64,000 nt of DNA from an uncultured delta proteobacterium (GTDB lineage: Bacteria > Myxococcota > Myxococcia > Myxococcales > Myxococcaceae). The stretch lies in contig CAWCKH010000004.1 of assembly GCA_963796055.1 (NCBI GenBank), forward strand, positions 2,560,001 through 2,624,000, in the 5' to 3' direction. The translations under genes were made by a program, and so were the position numbers. Shown in pieces: positions 25,003 through 34,598 of this stretch (its first letter is position 1; each line of letters begins with the position of its first letter). Under the pieces are notes generated by a model. The model had not been told where the DNA came from, searched no databases, and saw only the letters and a program-made list of their open reading frames with translations.

Positions 25003-25566
25003 TCAGCGCGCGTCGGCCGGAGCCGCCGCGAGGTAGAGGAGGGCGGGATTCAGCCGGAGGACGCCCTCCGCATAGGCCGCCGCGTAGGGAGCGCCCGCGG
25101 CGCGCTCGACGCGGAGCGCGGCCCGCGGCCGCAGACCCCAGCGCGTGGCGAGTGACCGGGCGACCATCTCCGCCGCCTCGCGCTCGCTGAGCCCCTGAAG
25201 GGCCTCCCGGCGCTCGCTGGGCCACCGGTCCGACAGCGCGGCGTCCAGGTTGAGGACCAGCGGGTCACCGCCGTCGGCGACGTCGAGGAGGTCGAGCCGT
25301 CCCTCCAGCGGAGGCGCCGCCCGCACTTCCCCATCCTGGACGAGGGGGAAGAGCGCCAGCAGGCCATCCGGGGTGCCAGCGCCGCTCGCCCGGAGGAGAG
25401 AGTGGAACAGCTCGGCCCGCGCCTGGACGCTGAGCGCCTCGATCTGCTCCGGAGGCTCGAGCAGCACCTGCCGGACCGAGGGCAGGCTCGGCGGAGGCGC
25501 ACCCATACCCACCTCGCCACAGGCGGCGAGCAGAAGGCAGGGCAGGAGCAGGGCGATTCGTCTCAT
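25003..25566 (-). CDS. Lipoprotein of unknown function
   Basis: MRRIALLLPCLLLAAC lipobox. Confidence 0.7.
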   Translation of the reverse strand: MRRIALLLPCLLLAACGEVGMGAPPPSLPSVRQVLLEPPEQIEALSVQARAELFHSLLRASGAGTPDGLLALFPLVQDGEVRAAPPLEGRLDLLDVADGGDPLVLNLDAALSDRWPSERREALQGLSEREAAEMVARSLATRWGLRPRAALRVERAAGAPYAAAYAEGVLRLNPALLYLAAAPADAR

Positions 25567-25640
25567 CGCGGGAAGGCGGCCAACCACCTTACCAACGTGC
25601 CGATTGAGGGGGAAAGTCACGAGTGGAGGGCGCCACCGGC

Positions 25641-26369
25641 ATGTTGCTCCGTCGCCAGCTACGCGTCGTGCTGCATCAGATCCAGTCGGCCGAGAATCTT
25701 GGCGCGGTGGCCCGGCTGCTGGCCAACTTCGAGTTTCCGGTGCTCCGGCTGTCCGACCCACGGCTGGAGGACACCGCGGCGGCGCAACGTACCGCGGTGC
25801 ACGCAGGGCACGTGCTGGAGTCGGCCGAGCGGCTGTCCCGACTCGAGGACGCGGTGGCGGACGCGGTCTACGTGCTCGGAACAAGTGGGCGTGACGCGCT
25901 CCGTGGCCGGACGCCGGTGGGCCCCGAGGAGGGGGTCGCACGTCTGCAGGCGGCGGCGGCGCGGGGCCCCGTGGCGCTGGTGCTCGGCGGAGAGCGGCGG
26001 GGGCTGTCCGACGAGGAGCTCGCGCTCTGTCAGGACGTGGCCTGCATCCCGGCGCCCGGACCCCAGCCGTCGTTGAACGTGGCCCAGGCCGCGGCGGTGC
26101 TTCTCTACCTCGCGTCGCGGACGGACGAGGCCCCGCCGCCGGCGGTCACTCCTGACCCGGGTGCACCCCAGGCGCTGCGCGCGGTGCTCCGTCGGCGGAT
26201 GGAGCGGGCCCTGCGCGCGGCGGACGGCCTGAATCCCCAGTCACCCCTGCCGGTGCTCGACGAGATGCTCAGGGCGCTGGACCGGGCGCAGCTGTCCCGG
26301 CGCGAGGCGGAGCTGTGGGCGGCGGCCTGGAAGCAGGTGGCACGCGCCGCCGGAGCGCCGGGCGACTAG
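25641..26369 (+). CDS. TrmJ/LasT-family SPOUT RNA methyltransferase
   Basis: ENLGAVARLLANF, ALVLGGERRGLSDEEL, PSLNVAQA. Confidence 0.88.
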   Translation: MLLRRQLRVVLHQIQSAENLGAVARLLANFEFPVLRLSDPRLEDTAAAQRTAVHAGHVLESAERLSRLEDAVADAVYVLGTSGRDALRGRTPVGPEEGVARLQAAAARGPVALVLGGERRGLSDEELALCQDVACIPAPGPQPSLNVAQAAAVLLYLASRTDEAPPPAVTPDPGAPQALRAVLRRRMERALRAADGLNPQSPLPVLDEMLRALDRAQLSRREAELWAAAWKQVARAAGAPGD

Positions 26370-27966
26370 GAGCCTGTAGGGCGTAGAGGTCAGGGCGGCG
26401 TGATCCGCTGGGCGGCATGAAGACCTGCCGCCCGTGGGCGCCGCTGCAGTCGTACCTGCTCCCGCCGTCGCCGGCGGACTGGCTCCCGGAGGGGCACCTC
26501 GCCTATTTCGTGCTCGAGGTGGTGGACCAGCTCGACGTCGCCGCCATCGAGCGAGCCATTTCCCAGAAGGACCCGCGTGGGGAGCGCCCGTACTCGCCGC
26601 GGATGTTGCTGGGCTGCTCATGTACGGCTACTGCGTGGGCCTGTTTTCCTCGCGGAGGCTGGCGCGCGGGACGTACGAGGACGTGGCGCTTCGGGTGCTG
26701 GCGGGGGAAGAGCATCCGCACTTCACCACCATCAACCAATTCCGGCTGGTGCACCGGACGGCCATCGCCGGCCTCTTCGTGCAGGTGCTGGAGCTCTGCC
26801 GTCGAGCCGGGTTGGTGAAGCTGGGACACGTGGCGCTGGACGGGACGAAGCTGCTGGCCAATGCGAGCAAGCACAAGGCGATGAGCTACGAGCGGATGAA
26901 GAAGGACGAGACGCGGCTGCGAGGAGAAGTGGAGAGCCTGCTCACCCAAGCCGACGCGGTGGACGAAGCCGAGGACGCCCGCTACGGCAGAGGCATTGCC
27001 CCCGACGACTTGCCGGCCGAGTTGCAGCGTCGCGAGACGCGGCTCGAGCGCATTCGGCAGGCCAAGGCAGCGCTCGAAGAGGAGGCCCGCGCAGCACGGG
27101 CCCGGAGACTTCGAGAGAACGCCGAGGGGCTCGAGGCGGACGCGCTGAACGCCCAACTACCCGCCCGCCAGCGCAAGACAGCAGCCACCCTCGCCAAGCG
27201 GAGCGCCGCTCAAGCGGACCTGCTCGACGGCGGACGAAAGGACGACGATGACGACCCGCCCTCAGGCGGTGCCACCGGCCTACCCACCCATCGGGTGAGG
27301 GCTCACGTCGACGGCACTCCGAAGTCGAAGGCACAGCGGAACTTCACCGACCCCGACAGCCGCATCATGGAGAAGAACGGCAGCTTTCTGCAGGCATACA
27401 ACGCCCAAGTCGTGGTGGACGAAGCCCACCAAGTCATTCTCGCGCACGGCCTGTCCAACCAGCCGCCCGACGTCGAGTACCTCGAGCCACTGCTGAGGGC
27501 CGCTGTCGCCAACTGCGGGGCGTCACCGGAGAAGGCCTCTGCGGATTCGGGCTACTTCTCGGCGGAGAACGTCGCGGCGTGCGACTCCTTGGGCATCTCG
27601 GCCTACATCTCCGTCGGTCGCGACGCGCACGACGGGCGCATCACCGACCCACGAACGACTCCGGCGAAGGACGCGATGCGGCTGAAGCTCGAGTCGGAGG
27701 AGGGCAGAGCCGTGTACGCGCGCCGGAAGGCCATCGTCGAGCCTGTCTTCGGGCAGATGAAGGCAGTCCGCGGCTTCCGTCGCCTCTCGATGCGGGGCAG
27801 GCAGAAGGCAGCGGGCGAGTGGGGCCTCGTTTGCCTCACCCACAACCTCCTGAAGCTCTTCCGGGAGGCCTGGCTCCCGGCACTCATGCCCGCGTAGCGC
27901 CGACGGGCCGCCAGTCAGCCACCGACGGCGCCCGCGCCAACGAGAGCGGCTACGCCCTACAGGCTC
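26370..27966 (+). mobile_element. IS1182-family insertion sequence, copy 2 (1597 bp, 1-bp frameshift in the transposase)
   Basis: Same IRs as copy 1; CTAG duplication at 26366-26369 and 27967-27970; GGG at 26611-26613 where copy 1 has GGGG. Confidence 0.92.
26417..27897 (+). pseudogene. Frameshifted IS1182 transposase
   Basis: N-terminus is in ORF 26417-26818 and the remainder in ORF 26434-27897; otherwise matches copy 1. Confidence 0.8.
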
Positions 27967-27982
27967 CTAGCGGGGTGGCTGC

Positions 27983-28084
27983 TCAGACGGACCTCCGGCG
28001 GAATCGCCGCGCGACGAGCACCCCCAGCGTGGCGCTCGACACGGCCGACCAGAAGATCACGAACGACAGCGTCGCACCATCCAT
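27983..28084 (-). CDS. Putative 33-aa single-TM microprotein (MDGATLSFVIFWSAVSSATLGVLVARRFRRRSV)
   Basis: Hydrophobic helix followed by a basic positive-inside tail. Confidence 0.45.
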   Translation of the reverse strand: MDGATLSFVIFWSAVSSATLGVLVARRFRRRSV

Positions 28085-28173
28085 TGCAGACCCCCGACCC
28101 GCCTCGACCAGCGGACGAGATGACAACGGGATCGTAATCTTGCAACTGGCTCTGGCAAAAAAAGGAATCACCG

Positions 28174-28725
28174 TCATCGCGAACGCTCGAACTCGGGCCG
28201 CAACAGGCCAAAAACGAGCAATTCCTCGCGGCTTCCATCCTCGTTGAGCGTCCGGTCGCGGAGCCTGCCCTCCAGGCGGAAACCGAGCCGTTCGGCGAGC
28301 CGGAGCGAGGCCACGTTCCCCGGGTCGATGCGCGCCTCCATCCGGTGCAGCTCGAGCGCCTCGAACCCGTGCCGGACGAGGACTGGCAGGACCTCGCGCA
28401 TCAGACCCTGCCCCCAGCGCGCCGGCGCCAGCACGTAGCCCAGCTCGGCGGACTGGTGCGGGACGTCCCAGCGGAAGAATCCGAGGTACGCCAGCGCGCG
28501 GTCGGCTCCGGGATCGGTCATCACCCAGAACGCCGCCTCGCCGCGCTCGATGTCCTCGCGCATGCGCACCAGGCGCGTCTGCACCTGCTCCAGGGTCTGT
28601 ACCGGGCGTCCGAGGTAACGCACTCCCTGGGCGTCGCCGTAGATGTCGAGCAGCGCCTCGGCGTCCTCGAGGCGAACCTCACGGAGCCGCGCGCGAGGGG
28701 TGTGCAGCTCCGGGACGGGAGACAT
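28174..28725 (-). CDS. GNAT family N-acetyltransferase (RimJ/RimL type)
   Basis: AELGYVLAPARWGQGLMRE, NVASLRLAERLGF. Confidence 0.9.
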   Translation of the reverse strand: MSPVPELHTPRARLREVRLEDAEALLDIYGDAQGVRYLGRPVQTLEQVQTRLVRMREDIERGEAAFWVMTDPGADRALAYLGFFRWDVPHQSAELGYVLAPARWGQGLMREVLPVLVRHGFEALELHRMEARIDPGNVASLRLAERLGFRLEGRLRDRTLNEDGSREELLVFGLLRPEFERSR

Positions 28726-28736
28726 CGGGCCTCGGA

Positions 28737-29009
28737 TCAGCCGGCGGACTGGCCGCCCTTGGCCCCGTAGGTCTCGGCCTCGTGCTTCTCGCACAGGCCG
28801 TGGCGCACCGCCTTGCTGCGGCAGTCGGCCTTGCTACATGTCCGGTATCGGCTGTGCGGCAGCTCGCCTTGCCGCCACTTCTTGAAGTGGAAGTAGCAGT
28901 AGCCCTTCGCGCGGTAGGGGCGCTTGCACCCCTCGACGCTGCAGGCGTTCTCCGGCCTACCCTTGGCGCGGCGGTCCCAGCCCTTCTTCTCGGTGGTGGT
29001 GGCAGGCAT
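28737..29009 (-). CDS. Small basic two-zinc-finger protein (VegA-like C-x4-C...C-x2-H motifs)
   Basis: CSVEGCKRPYRAKGYCYFH and CSKADC...GLCEKH. Confidence 0.75.
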   Translation of the reverse strand: MPATTTEKKGWDRRAKGRPENACSVEGCKRPYRAKGYCYFHFKKWRQGELPHSRYRTCSKADCRSKAVRHGLCEKHEAETYGAKGGQSAG

Positions 29010-29117
29010 TCGCCGCTCCATAGCGGGACGGTGGCACGTGCTGCAAGCGAGTAGGAGCTGCCCCCAAAAGGGTTGACACCGCCGGGCGGGACCGACACAT
29101 CCGCCCCTCCGCCCACG

Positions 29118-31187
29118 ATGTCAGCGGTCGATCCACAGCGGGCCATCGCCGAGGAGGAGGCGCTCCTAGAGCGCGTCCGGACCGCGCTGGGCTCGGCGCA
29201 GACCCGCCGCGCCCGGGCCGCGGGGCCGAGCCGCGAGACGCTCCAGGCGCTCCGCGAGGACGCGGCGAGCGCCCACGAGGAGGACGCCGCGCCGCTCCTG
29301 CACGAGCTCGCCGTCCAACACCAGCTCGGCGGCCGGGCCCCTCCGGTGCTGCCGGACCCGGCCTCGCCCTACGTCGCGCACCTGGCCGTCAACGAGCAGG
29401 GGCGCCGCCGGGACTACCTGCTCGGGCATGCCACCTTCGTCGACCCGGAGGCGGACGTCTGGGTGGTGGACTGGCGCGTGGCTCCCGTCGCCCAGCTGTT
29501 CTACCGCTACCGCGAAGGCGACACGTTCGAGGAGTCGTTCCCCGGCCGCGAGGCGAGCGGGGTGGTGGAGGCCCGGCGGGTCCTGGTCGTGCACCGGGGG
29601 CGCCTCCTCCAGGTCCTGGGCGAGGGATTCCAGGCGCGGCGCCGGCCGGACGACAGCTGGGCCATCGGTGGCAGCGAGGTCCTGGTGGCGGGCGGCGCAG
29701 GCACTGCCCCGAGGGCGGGGCACCTGGGGCTGGGGATCGGCACCGAGGAGCGCGGGACGCGTGCGGATGTGACGGCACTCCTGGACGCGGACCAGTACGC
29801 GGCGGTGCGCGCGCCCGCCGACGAGCCGCTGGTGGTCCTCGGCAGCGCGGGCAGCGGGAAGACCACCGTCGCCCTCCACCGGCTGGCACGCCTCGCCGCC
29901 GCCGAGCCCGGGCGCGTCCCTCTGGGCAAGGCGCGGGTCGTCGTCCCCGAGGAGGGACTGGCGCGGCTCTCGGCCCGGCTGCTGGCTCCGCTCGGCGGAG
30001 GTGCGGCGCGGGTCCAGACGCTCGACGCGGCGTTTCTCGAGCTCGGCCGGCGGGTGTTCGGTCCGCTCCCGCGCATCGTCGACGACCCGCCGGCGCTGGT
30101 GACCGCGGTGAAGCGCCACCCCGCGCTGTACGACGCGCTCCGTTCGCGGCTCGGCCGTCGGCGTGGCAGCGGCGCTCCGAGCTGGAGGCGGCTCCAGCGC
30201 GAGCTGTCCGTTCCTCTCACCGACCGCACCTTCCTCGAGGGCGTCGTCGCCCGCGCTGCCGGCACGCTGCCCCGGACCGTGGTGGAGGAGACGGTTCGCC
30301 ACACCCTGCGCCAGCTCGCGGATCCCACCAGCCGGCTGCTGGCCTCCATCACCGACGAATCCCGGAAGGAGGCGGTGGACGGGCGCCCCATCGACGAGGG
30401 GACGGACGACGCGCTCGCCGGGACGCTCGACGTCGAGGACCTGCCGCTGCTGCTCGCCATCGCTGCCTGGCGCGGCCAGCTCTCCTTGCCCCAGGCCTCG
30501 CATCTGGTCGCCGACGAGGCCGAGGACTTCTCGCTCTTCGACCTCGAGGCGCTGGCCAGCCTGCTGCGCGGCACCCGCTCGGTGACGGTGGCCGGGGACG
30601 AGGCGCAGCAGACCTCGCCGAGCTTCGCCGGGTGGGACCGGGCGCTGGAGACGCTCGGGGCTTCCGGCGCCGCCCGGGTGCGGCTTCCGGTCTCCTACCG
30701 CTGCCCGAAGCCCATCGCCGACCTGGCCCGGGCCATCCTCGGGCCGCTCGCTCCGCCGCAGCCCGTCCGCGCCGCCCGCGACGGAGCGCCGGTGGGCCGG
30801 TCCTCGTTCCCCGGGGAGCCCCAGGCGCACCTCTTCCTCGCCGGGGTGCTGCGCGAGCTGCTCGAGGCCGAGCCGCACGCCGCGGTGGCGGTCATCTGCC
30901 ACGATGCCGGTACCGCGCGGCGTGTCGCCGGCGTGGTCTCCGAGCTTCCCGCGAGCCGCCTGGTGCTCGACGGCCGGTTCAGCTTCGAGCCCGGGCTCGA
31001 CGTCACCGACGTGGACAGCGTGAAGGGGCTGGAGTGGGACTACGTGGTGGTCCCCGATGTGGTCGAGTCCGCGTGGCCCCTCTCGGACGACGGGCGACGG
31101 CGTCTGCACGTCGCGGTCACCCGCGCCTCCTGGCAGCTGTGGCTCGTGTCTCCCGGGACTCCCAGCCGGCTGCTCCCGCCGGCCTGA
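29118..31187 (+). CDS. Superfamily-1 helicase-like ATPase (HelD/UvrD-like)
   Basis: VVDWRVAPVAQLFY, GSAGSGKTT, DEAED, GDEAQ, SYRCP, KGLEWD, LHVAVTRA. Confidence 0.85.
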   Translation: MSAVDPQRAIAEEEALLERVRTALGSAQTRRARAAGPSRETLQALREDAASAHEEDAAPLLHELAVQHQLGGRAPPVLPDPASPYVAHLAVNEQGRRRDYLLGHATFVDPEADVWVVDWRVAPVAQLFYRYREGDTFEESFPGREASGVVEARRVLVVHRGRLLQVLGEGFQARRRPDDSWAIGGSEVLVAGGAGTAPRAGHLGLGIGTEERGTRADVTALLDADQYAAVRAPADEPLVVLGSAGSGKTTVALHRLARLAAAEPGRVPLGKARVVVPEEGLARLSARLLAPLGGGAARVQTLDAAFLELGRRVFGPLPRIVDDPPALVTAVKRHPALYDALRSRLGRRRGSGAPSWRRLQRELSVPLTDRTFLEGVVARAAGTLPRTVVEETVRHTLRQLADPTSRLLASITDESRKEAVDGRPIDEGTDDALAGTLDVEDLPLLLAIAAWRGQLSLPQASHLVADEAEDFSLFDLEALASLLRGTRSVTVAGDEAQQTSPSFAGWDRALETLGASGAARVRLPVSYRCPKPIADLARAILGPLAPPQPVRAARDGAPVGRSSFPGEPQAHLFLAGVLRELLEAEPHAAVAVICHDAGTARRVAGVVSELPASRLVLDGRFSFEPGLDVTDVDSVKGLEWDYVVVPDVVESAWPLSDDGRRRLHVAVTRASWQLWLVSPGTPSRLLPPA

Positions 31188-31213
31188 ACGGGCCTGGCGG
31201 CGGCGAGGCGAGC

Positions 31214-32386
31214 TCAGGGTCTCCCGCCGCCCTTGCCGTTCCCGCTCGCCTCGCTTCCGGAGCTGGGGCCGGTGCTCGCCTCGGCGCTGGCCGCCGCTGG
31301 TCCGGTCGATCCGGCGGGGGGGAGCGTGCCGTGCGGCGACACCGCGGTGAGGGTGGGCGTGGAGATCGGGGTGATGGCCACCAGCACCGGATGGCCCGCC
31401 CGGGTGATGCGCACGCGGAGCGCGCCGCCGGGCCCGGTCTGCGCCACCTTCCACCGGAGCGCCTGCGCCCGTTGCACGGGGGTGCGGTTCACCTCGAGGA
31501 TGATGTCCCCGGTGCGGAGGCCGGCGCGCTGCGCGGGGCTGCCGGCGACGACGTCCGAGACCATGACCCCGCTGTAGCTCGGGCGCCCGAGGCTCTTCGC
31601 CACGTCGGGCGTGAGGTCGACGACCGACAGCCCGAGCCAGCCTCGCCGGACCTGCCCGTGGAGCCGGAGCTCGTCGACCACCGCCCGGGCCACGTCCACG
31701 GGAATGGCGAAGCCGATGCCCTGGCCAGTGGTGTTCACCGCGTTGGCGATGCCCACCACCTTGCCGTCGATGCCCAGCACCGGCCCGCCCGAGTTGCCGG
31801 GATTGATCGCGGCGTCGGTCTGGATGAAGTCCACGAAGCCGGTGCGCGCCCCGGGGATGATGTCGGTGCGTCCCTTGGCGCTCACCACGCCCACCGAGAC
31901 CGACCGGTCCAGTCCGTACGGGCTGCCGATGACCACCACCCAGTCGGCAATCTCGACGTCGTCGGCGCTGCCAAGGGCGAGGCTGGGGAGCCTGCGGTGC
32001 GTGTTCAGCTTGAGCAGCGCGCAGTCGGTCTGCGGGTCCGAGCCCACCAGCGTGGCCGGGACCTCCTCGGGCCAGCCACGCGGGTCGAGCAGGGTGACGG
32101 TGAAGCTCCTGGCATCCTCGATGACGTGCGCCGCGGTCAGCACGTAGCCGTCGGGCGAGATGATGAAGCCGGAGCCGATGCCCCGTTGCGGCTCACCGGA
32201 GGGGTCGGGCTGCTCCTGGGTGGTGATGGAGACGACCGCGGGGATCGCCGCCCGGGCCACCTGGACCAGGGCCAATCGCTCCGCGCTGATCCGCCGCTGC
32301 TTCGCCTCGTGCGCTGCCGCCCGCGCGGTCGCTGGTGTTGCCAGCAGCACCCATGCGGTCATCCACACCGCCCACGCCCGACCCAT
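31214..32386 (-). CDS. HtrA/DegP-family serine protease with PDZ domain
   Basis: GSGFII, LTAAHVI, IQTDAAINPGNSGGP, C-terminal PDZ domain. Confidence 0.93.
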   Translation of the reverse strand: MGRAWAVWMTAWVLLATPATARAAAHEAKQRRISAERLALVQVARAAIPAVVSITTQEQPDPSGEPQRGIGSGFIISPDGYVLTAAHVIEDARSFTVTLLDPRGWPEEVPATLVGSDPQTDCALLKLNTHRRLPSLALGSADDVEIADWVVVIGSPYGLDRSVSVGVVSAKGRTDIIPGARTGFVDFIQTDAAINPGNSGGPVLGIDGKVVGIANAVNTTGQGIGFAIPVDVARAVVDELRLHGQVRRGWLGLSVVDLTPDVAKSLGRPSYSGVMVSDVVAGSPAQRAGLRTGDIILEVNRTPVQRAQALRWKVAQTGPGGALRVRITRAGHPVLVAITPISTPTLTAVSPHGTLPPAGSTGPAAASAEASTGPSSGSEASGNGKGGGRP

Positions 32387-32456
32387 CGCCTGCCCCCGAC
32401 CGCCGCCCTCCCCACGAACGTAGGGTGGAGTGGACGGCGGCGGTAGCCCCGGGTGT

Positions 32457-32729
32457 TCAGTGGCTGCTGCGCTTGGCGATGATCCGGTCCAGCGCGGCGC
32501 GATCCTCGTCGCTGTGCCGCTCCCGTGGCTTCTGTGGCTGCCCCAGTGCACCGCGCGCATGGTCCACGGCATCGTCCGCCCGGTCGCGGAGCCAGTCGCC
32601 CGCCTCGCTCCTCGCCCACGCTGTCCGGGCATACGCCAGGGGCGTCCTTCCCCCGATCTCCACCGTCGCCAGCCCGACGCCCAGCCCCACCGCCGTCGCC
32701 GTCCACACGCAGGACCGAATGAAGCCCAT
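32457..32729 (-). CDS. Small hypothetical membrane/exported protein
   Basis: GGAGG Shine-Dalgarno, hydrophobic N-terminus, co-oriented with htrA. Confidence 0.6.
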   Translation of the reverse strand: MGFIRSCVWTATAVGLGVGLATVEIGGRTPLAYARTAWARSEAGDWLRDRADDAVDHARGALGQPQKPRERHSDEDRAALDRIIAKRSSH

Positions 32730-32955
32730 GGGAACCTCCCGGCGAGTGTCTTACATCGACATACTTCAGCCCACAAAGAACCGTCCATCCACGTCTTCCC
32801 CGATCACAGACCCCGGGACTGGTGCTTCGTTTCCGGAGGAACTCCAGGGAGTTGACGCATCCGGGTGGCGGGCAGCAGGGACCCGGGGCTCCCCGGGGAG
32901 CTCGGCGCGGGACCCCTTCCCCGGGGCCGGCGAATCGGGCAGTGACAGGGCGCTC

Positions 32956-34008
32956 GTGACCCCGGACCAGGCCTTCGCCGCAGCACTGGATCGGGCCCGC
33001 GCGCTGGGCCCGCCCCCGCCCGGTTCCGGGCCGCTGGACGCCTTCCGCAGCGAGAGCACCGAGTGGCTGGCCCGCATTCCCGAGCCCCCGCTCTATCCCC
33101 GCGCGGGAGATCCGGCGCGGGCCCGCGCGGCGGAGCTACTCGAGGAGGGGATCGGCCTGCTCGGGCGCGGCTTGGCGCTCCAGCACGCCTCCCGGCTCGC
33201 GGACGCCGACCTGCCGCTGGTCCGCGCGGTCCAGGCGCACGCCGAGGCGCTGGCCGCCACCACCGAGGGGCGCATCGCGCAGGCGGAGGAGGCCTGGGCC
33301 CGCGCCAGCCTCCTCGAGCGGGACAGCCGCACCCGCCGCCGGGCCTGGGTGCGGGAGGACGAGCTGGAACGGCCGGTGTGGGACCCCCAGCGGCGGCTCT
33401 CCCGCTACGACCCGCGGCCGGCACCCACGGTGCGCGCCCGCATCGCCTGTGCCCACACCGGCTGCCGCGCCGAGCAGGAGGTCAGCTTCCCGCCGAGCTA
33501 CGCGCTGCACGCCTTCACCTGCGTCCGTTGCCGGCAGCCCTTCTCCGCCTACCTGGCCGAGTCGCGCGAGGTCCGCTCGATGGCTGCCCCGTTCGGACGC
33601 CGGCTCTCCTTCCGCCTCGAGCCGCTCGGCGGCGGCGGCTCGCGGGTGGAGTTCGACGACGGCTCCCCGGAGCCGTTCCACGCCGCCCGTGGGGACCTCC
33701 TCGCCTTCCTCTACACCGAGGGCCCGGTGCTGCGGGGCGTCACCAACCTCTCCTCGGGCCGGACGCTGTGGCGCCGCCGGACCGGCCCGTGCTGGATCGC
33801 CACGCAGGCCTACGGCGTGGGTGCGGTGGAGCTGGACGTCCTGCGGACCTGGCGCGACGAGGTGCTGCTGCCGACGAGGATGGGCCGGGCCGCCGTCGCG
33901 TGTTACGACCGGTGCTCACCCTGGGTGGTGCGGTGGCTCGAGCATCGCCCCCGCACCCGGGCCTGGGTGCGGCGGAGGCTGGACGCGCTGGTGCGGAGGA
34001 TCGCGTGA
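32956..34008 (+). CDS. Zn-ribbon protein with CFI-box-CTERM-like C-terminal domain
   Basis: CAHTGC...CVRC; PCWIATQAYG...LDVLRTWRDEVL...Y...SP; start uncertain. Confidence 0.7.
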   Translation: MTPDQAFAAALDRARALGPPPPGSGPLDAFRSESTEWLARIPEPPLYPRAGDPARARAAELLEEGIGLLGRGLALQHASRLADADLPLVRAVQAHAEALAATTEGRIAQAEEAWARASLLERDSRTRRRAWVREDELERPVWDPQRRLSRYDPRPAPTVRARIACAHTGCRAEQEVSFPPSYALHAFTCVRCRQPFSAYLAESREVRSMAAPFGRRLSFRLEPLGGGGSRVEFDDGSPEPFHAARGDLLAFLYTEGPVLRGVTNLSSGRTLWRRRTGPCWIATQAYGVGAVELDVLRTWRDEVLLPTRMGRAAVACYDRCSPWVVRWLEHRPRTRAWVRRRLDALVRRIA

Positions 34009-34595
34009 CGACGGACGGAGGATCGGAGGAGACCGCGGGCGAGCTGGCAGGGCCGGTCCCGCGGCGCTTCCCGGTGCTCCCGGTGGTGTTGCTCGCCCTC
34101 GGCATCGCCGGGCTGCTCTGGTCCGGCATCCAGGAGGCGCGCAGCTCCCGCCCGGTCGAGGCGGGGCAGCGGGTGGCTCCGCCCTTCCGCCTGGAGCGCT
34201 TCGGGGGTGGATCGATCAGCTCCTCCGAGCTCCGGGGCAAGGTGGTGATGCTCGACTTCTGGGCGACCTGGTGCGGGCCGTGCATCGCCGAGATGCCCAC
34301 CCTGCTGAAGCTCGCATCCGAGTACGAGCCCCGCGGCGTGGTGTTCCTGGCCGCCAGCCGCGACGACCCGAGCGTCGCCAAGGTTCAGGTGGGGATGTTC
34401 ATCGACCAGCGGGCCCCGTCACTGTCCCGTTACGCCGCCTTCGCCGACGACGGCACCGCGGACGCCTACTCGGTCTCGGCCATCCCCACGATGGTGCTCA
34501 TCGATCGCAAGGGGCAGCTCCACGCGAGCTACCTGGGCGCGGCGAGCGAGCGCACCTGGCGCGCCCGGATCGAGGCGGTGCTGGCCCGGGACTGA
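34005..34595 (+). CDS. TlpA-family thiol-disulfide oxidoreductase
   Basis: TM anchor; DFWATWCGPC; IPTMVLID. Confidence 0.9.
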   Translation: MTTDGGSEETAGELAGPVPRRFPVLPVVLLALGIAGLLWSGIQEARSSRPVEAGQRVAPPFRLERFGGGSISSSELRGKVVMLDFWATWCGPCIAEMPTLLKLASEYEPRGVVFLAASRDDPSVAKVQVGMFIDQRAPSLSRYAAFADDGTADAYSVSAIPTMVLIDRKGQLHASYLGAASERTWRARIEAVLARD

Positions 34596-34598
34596 GAG

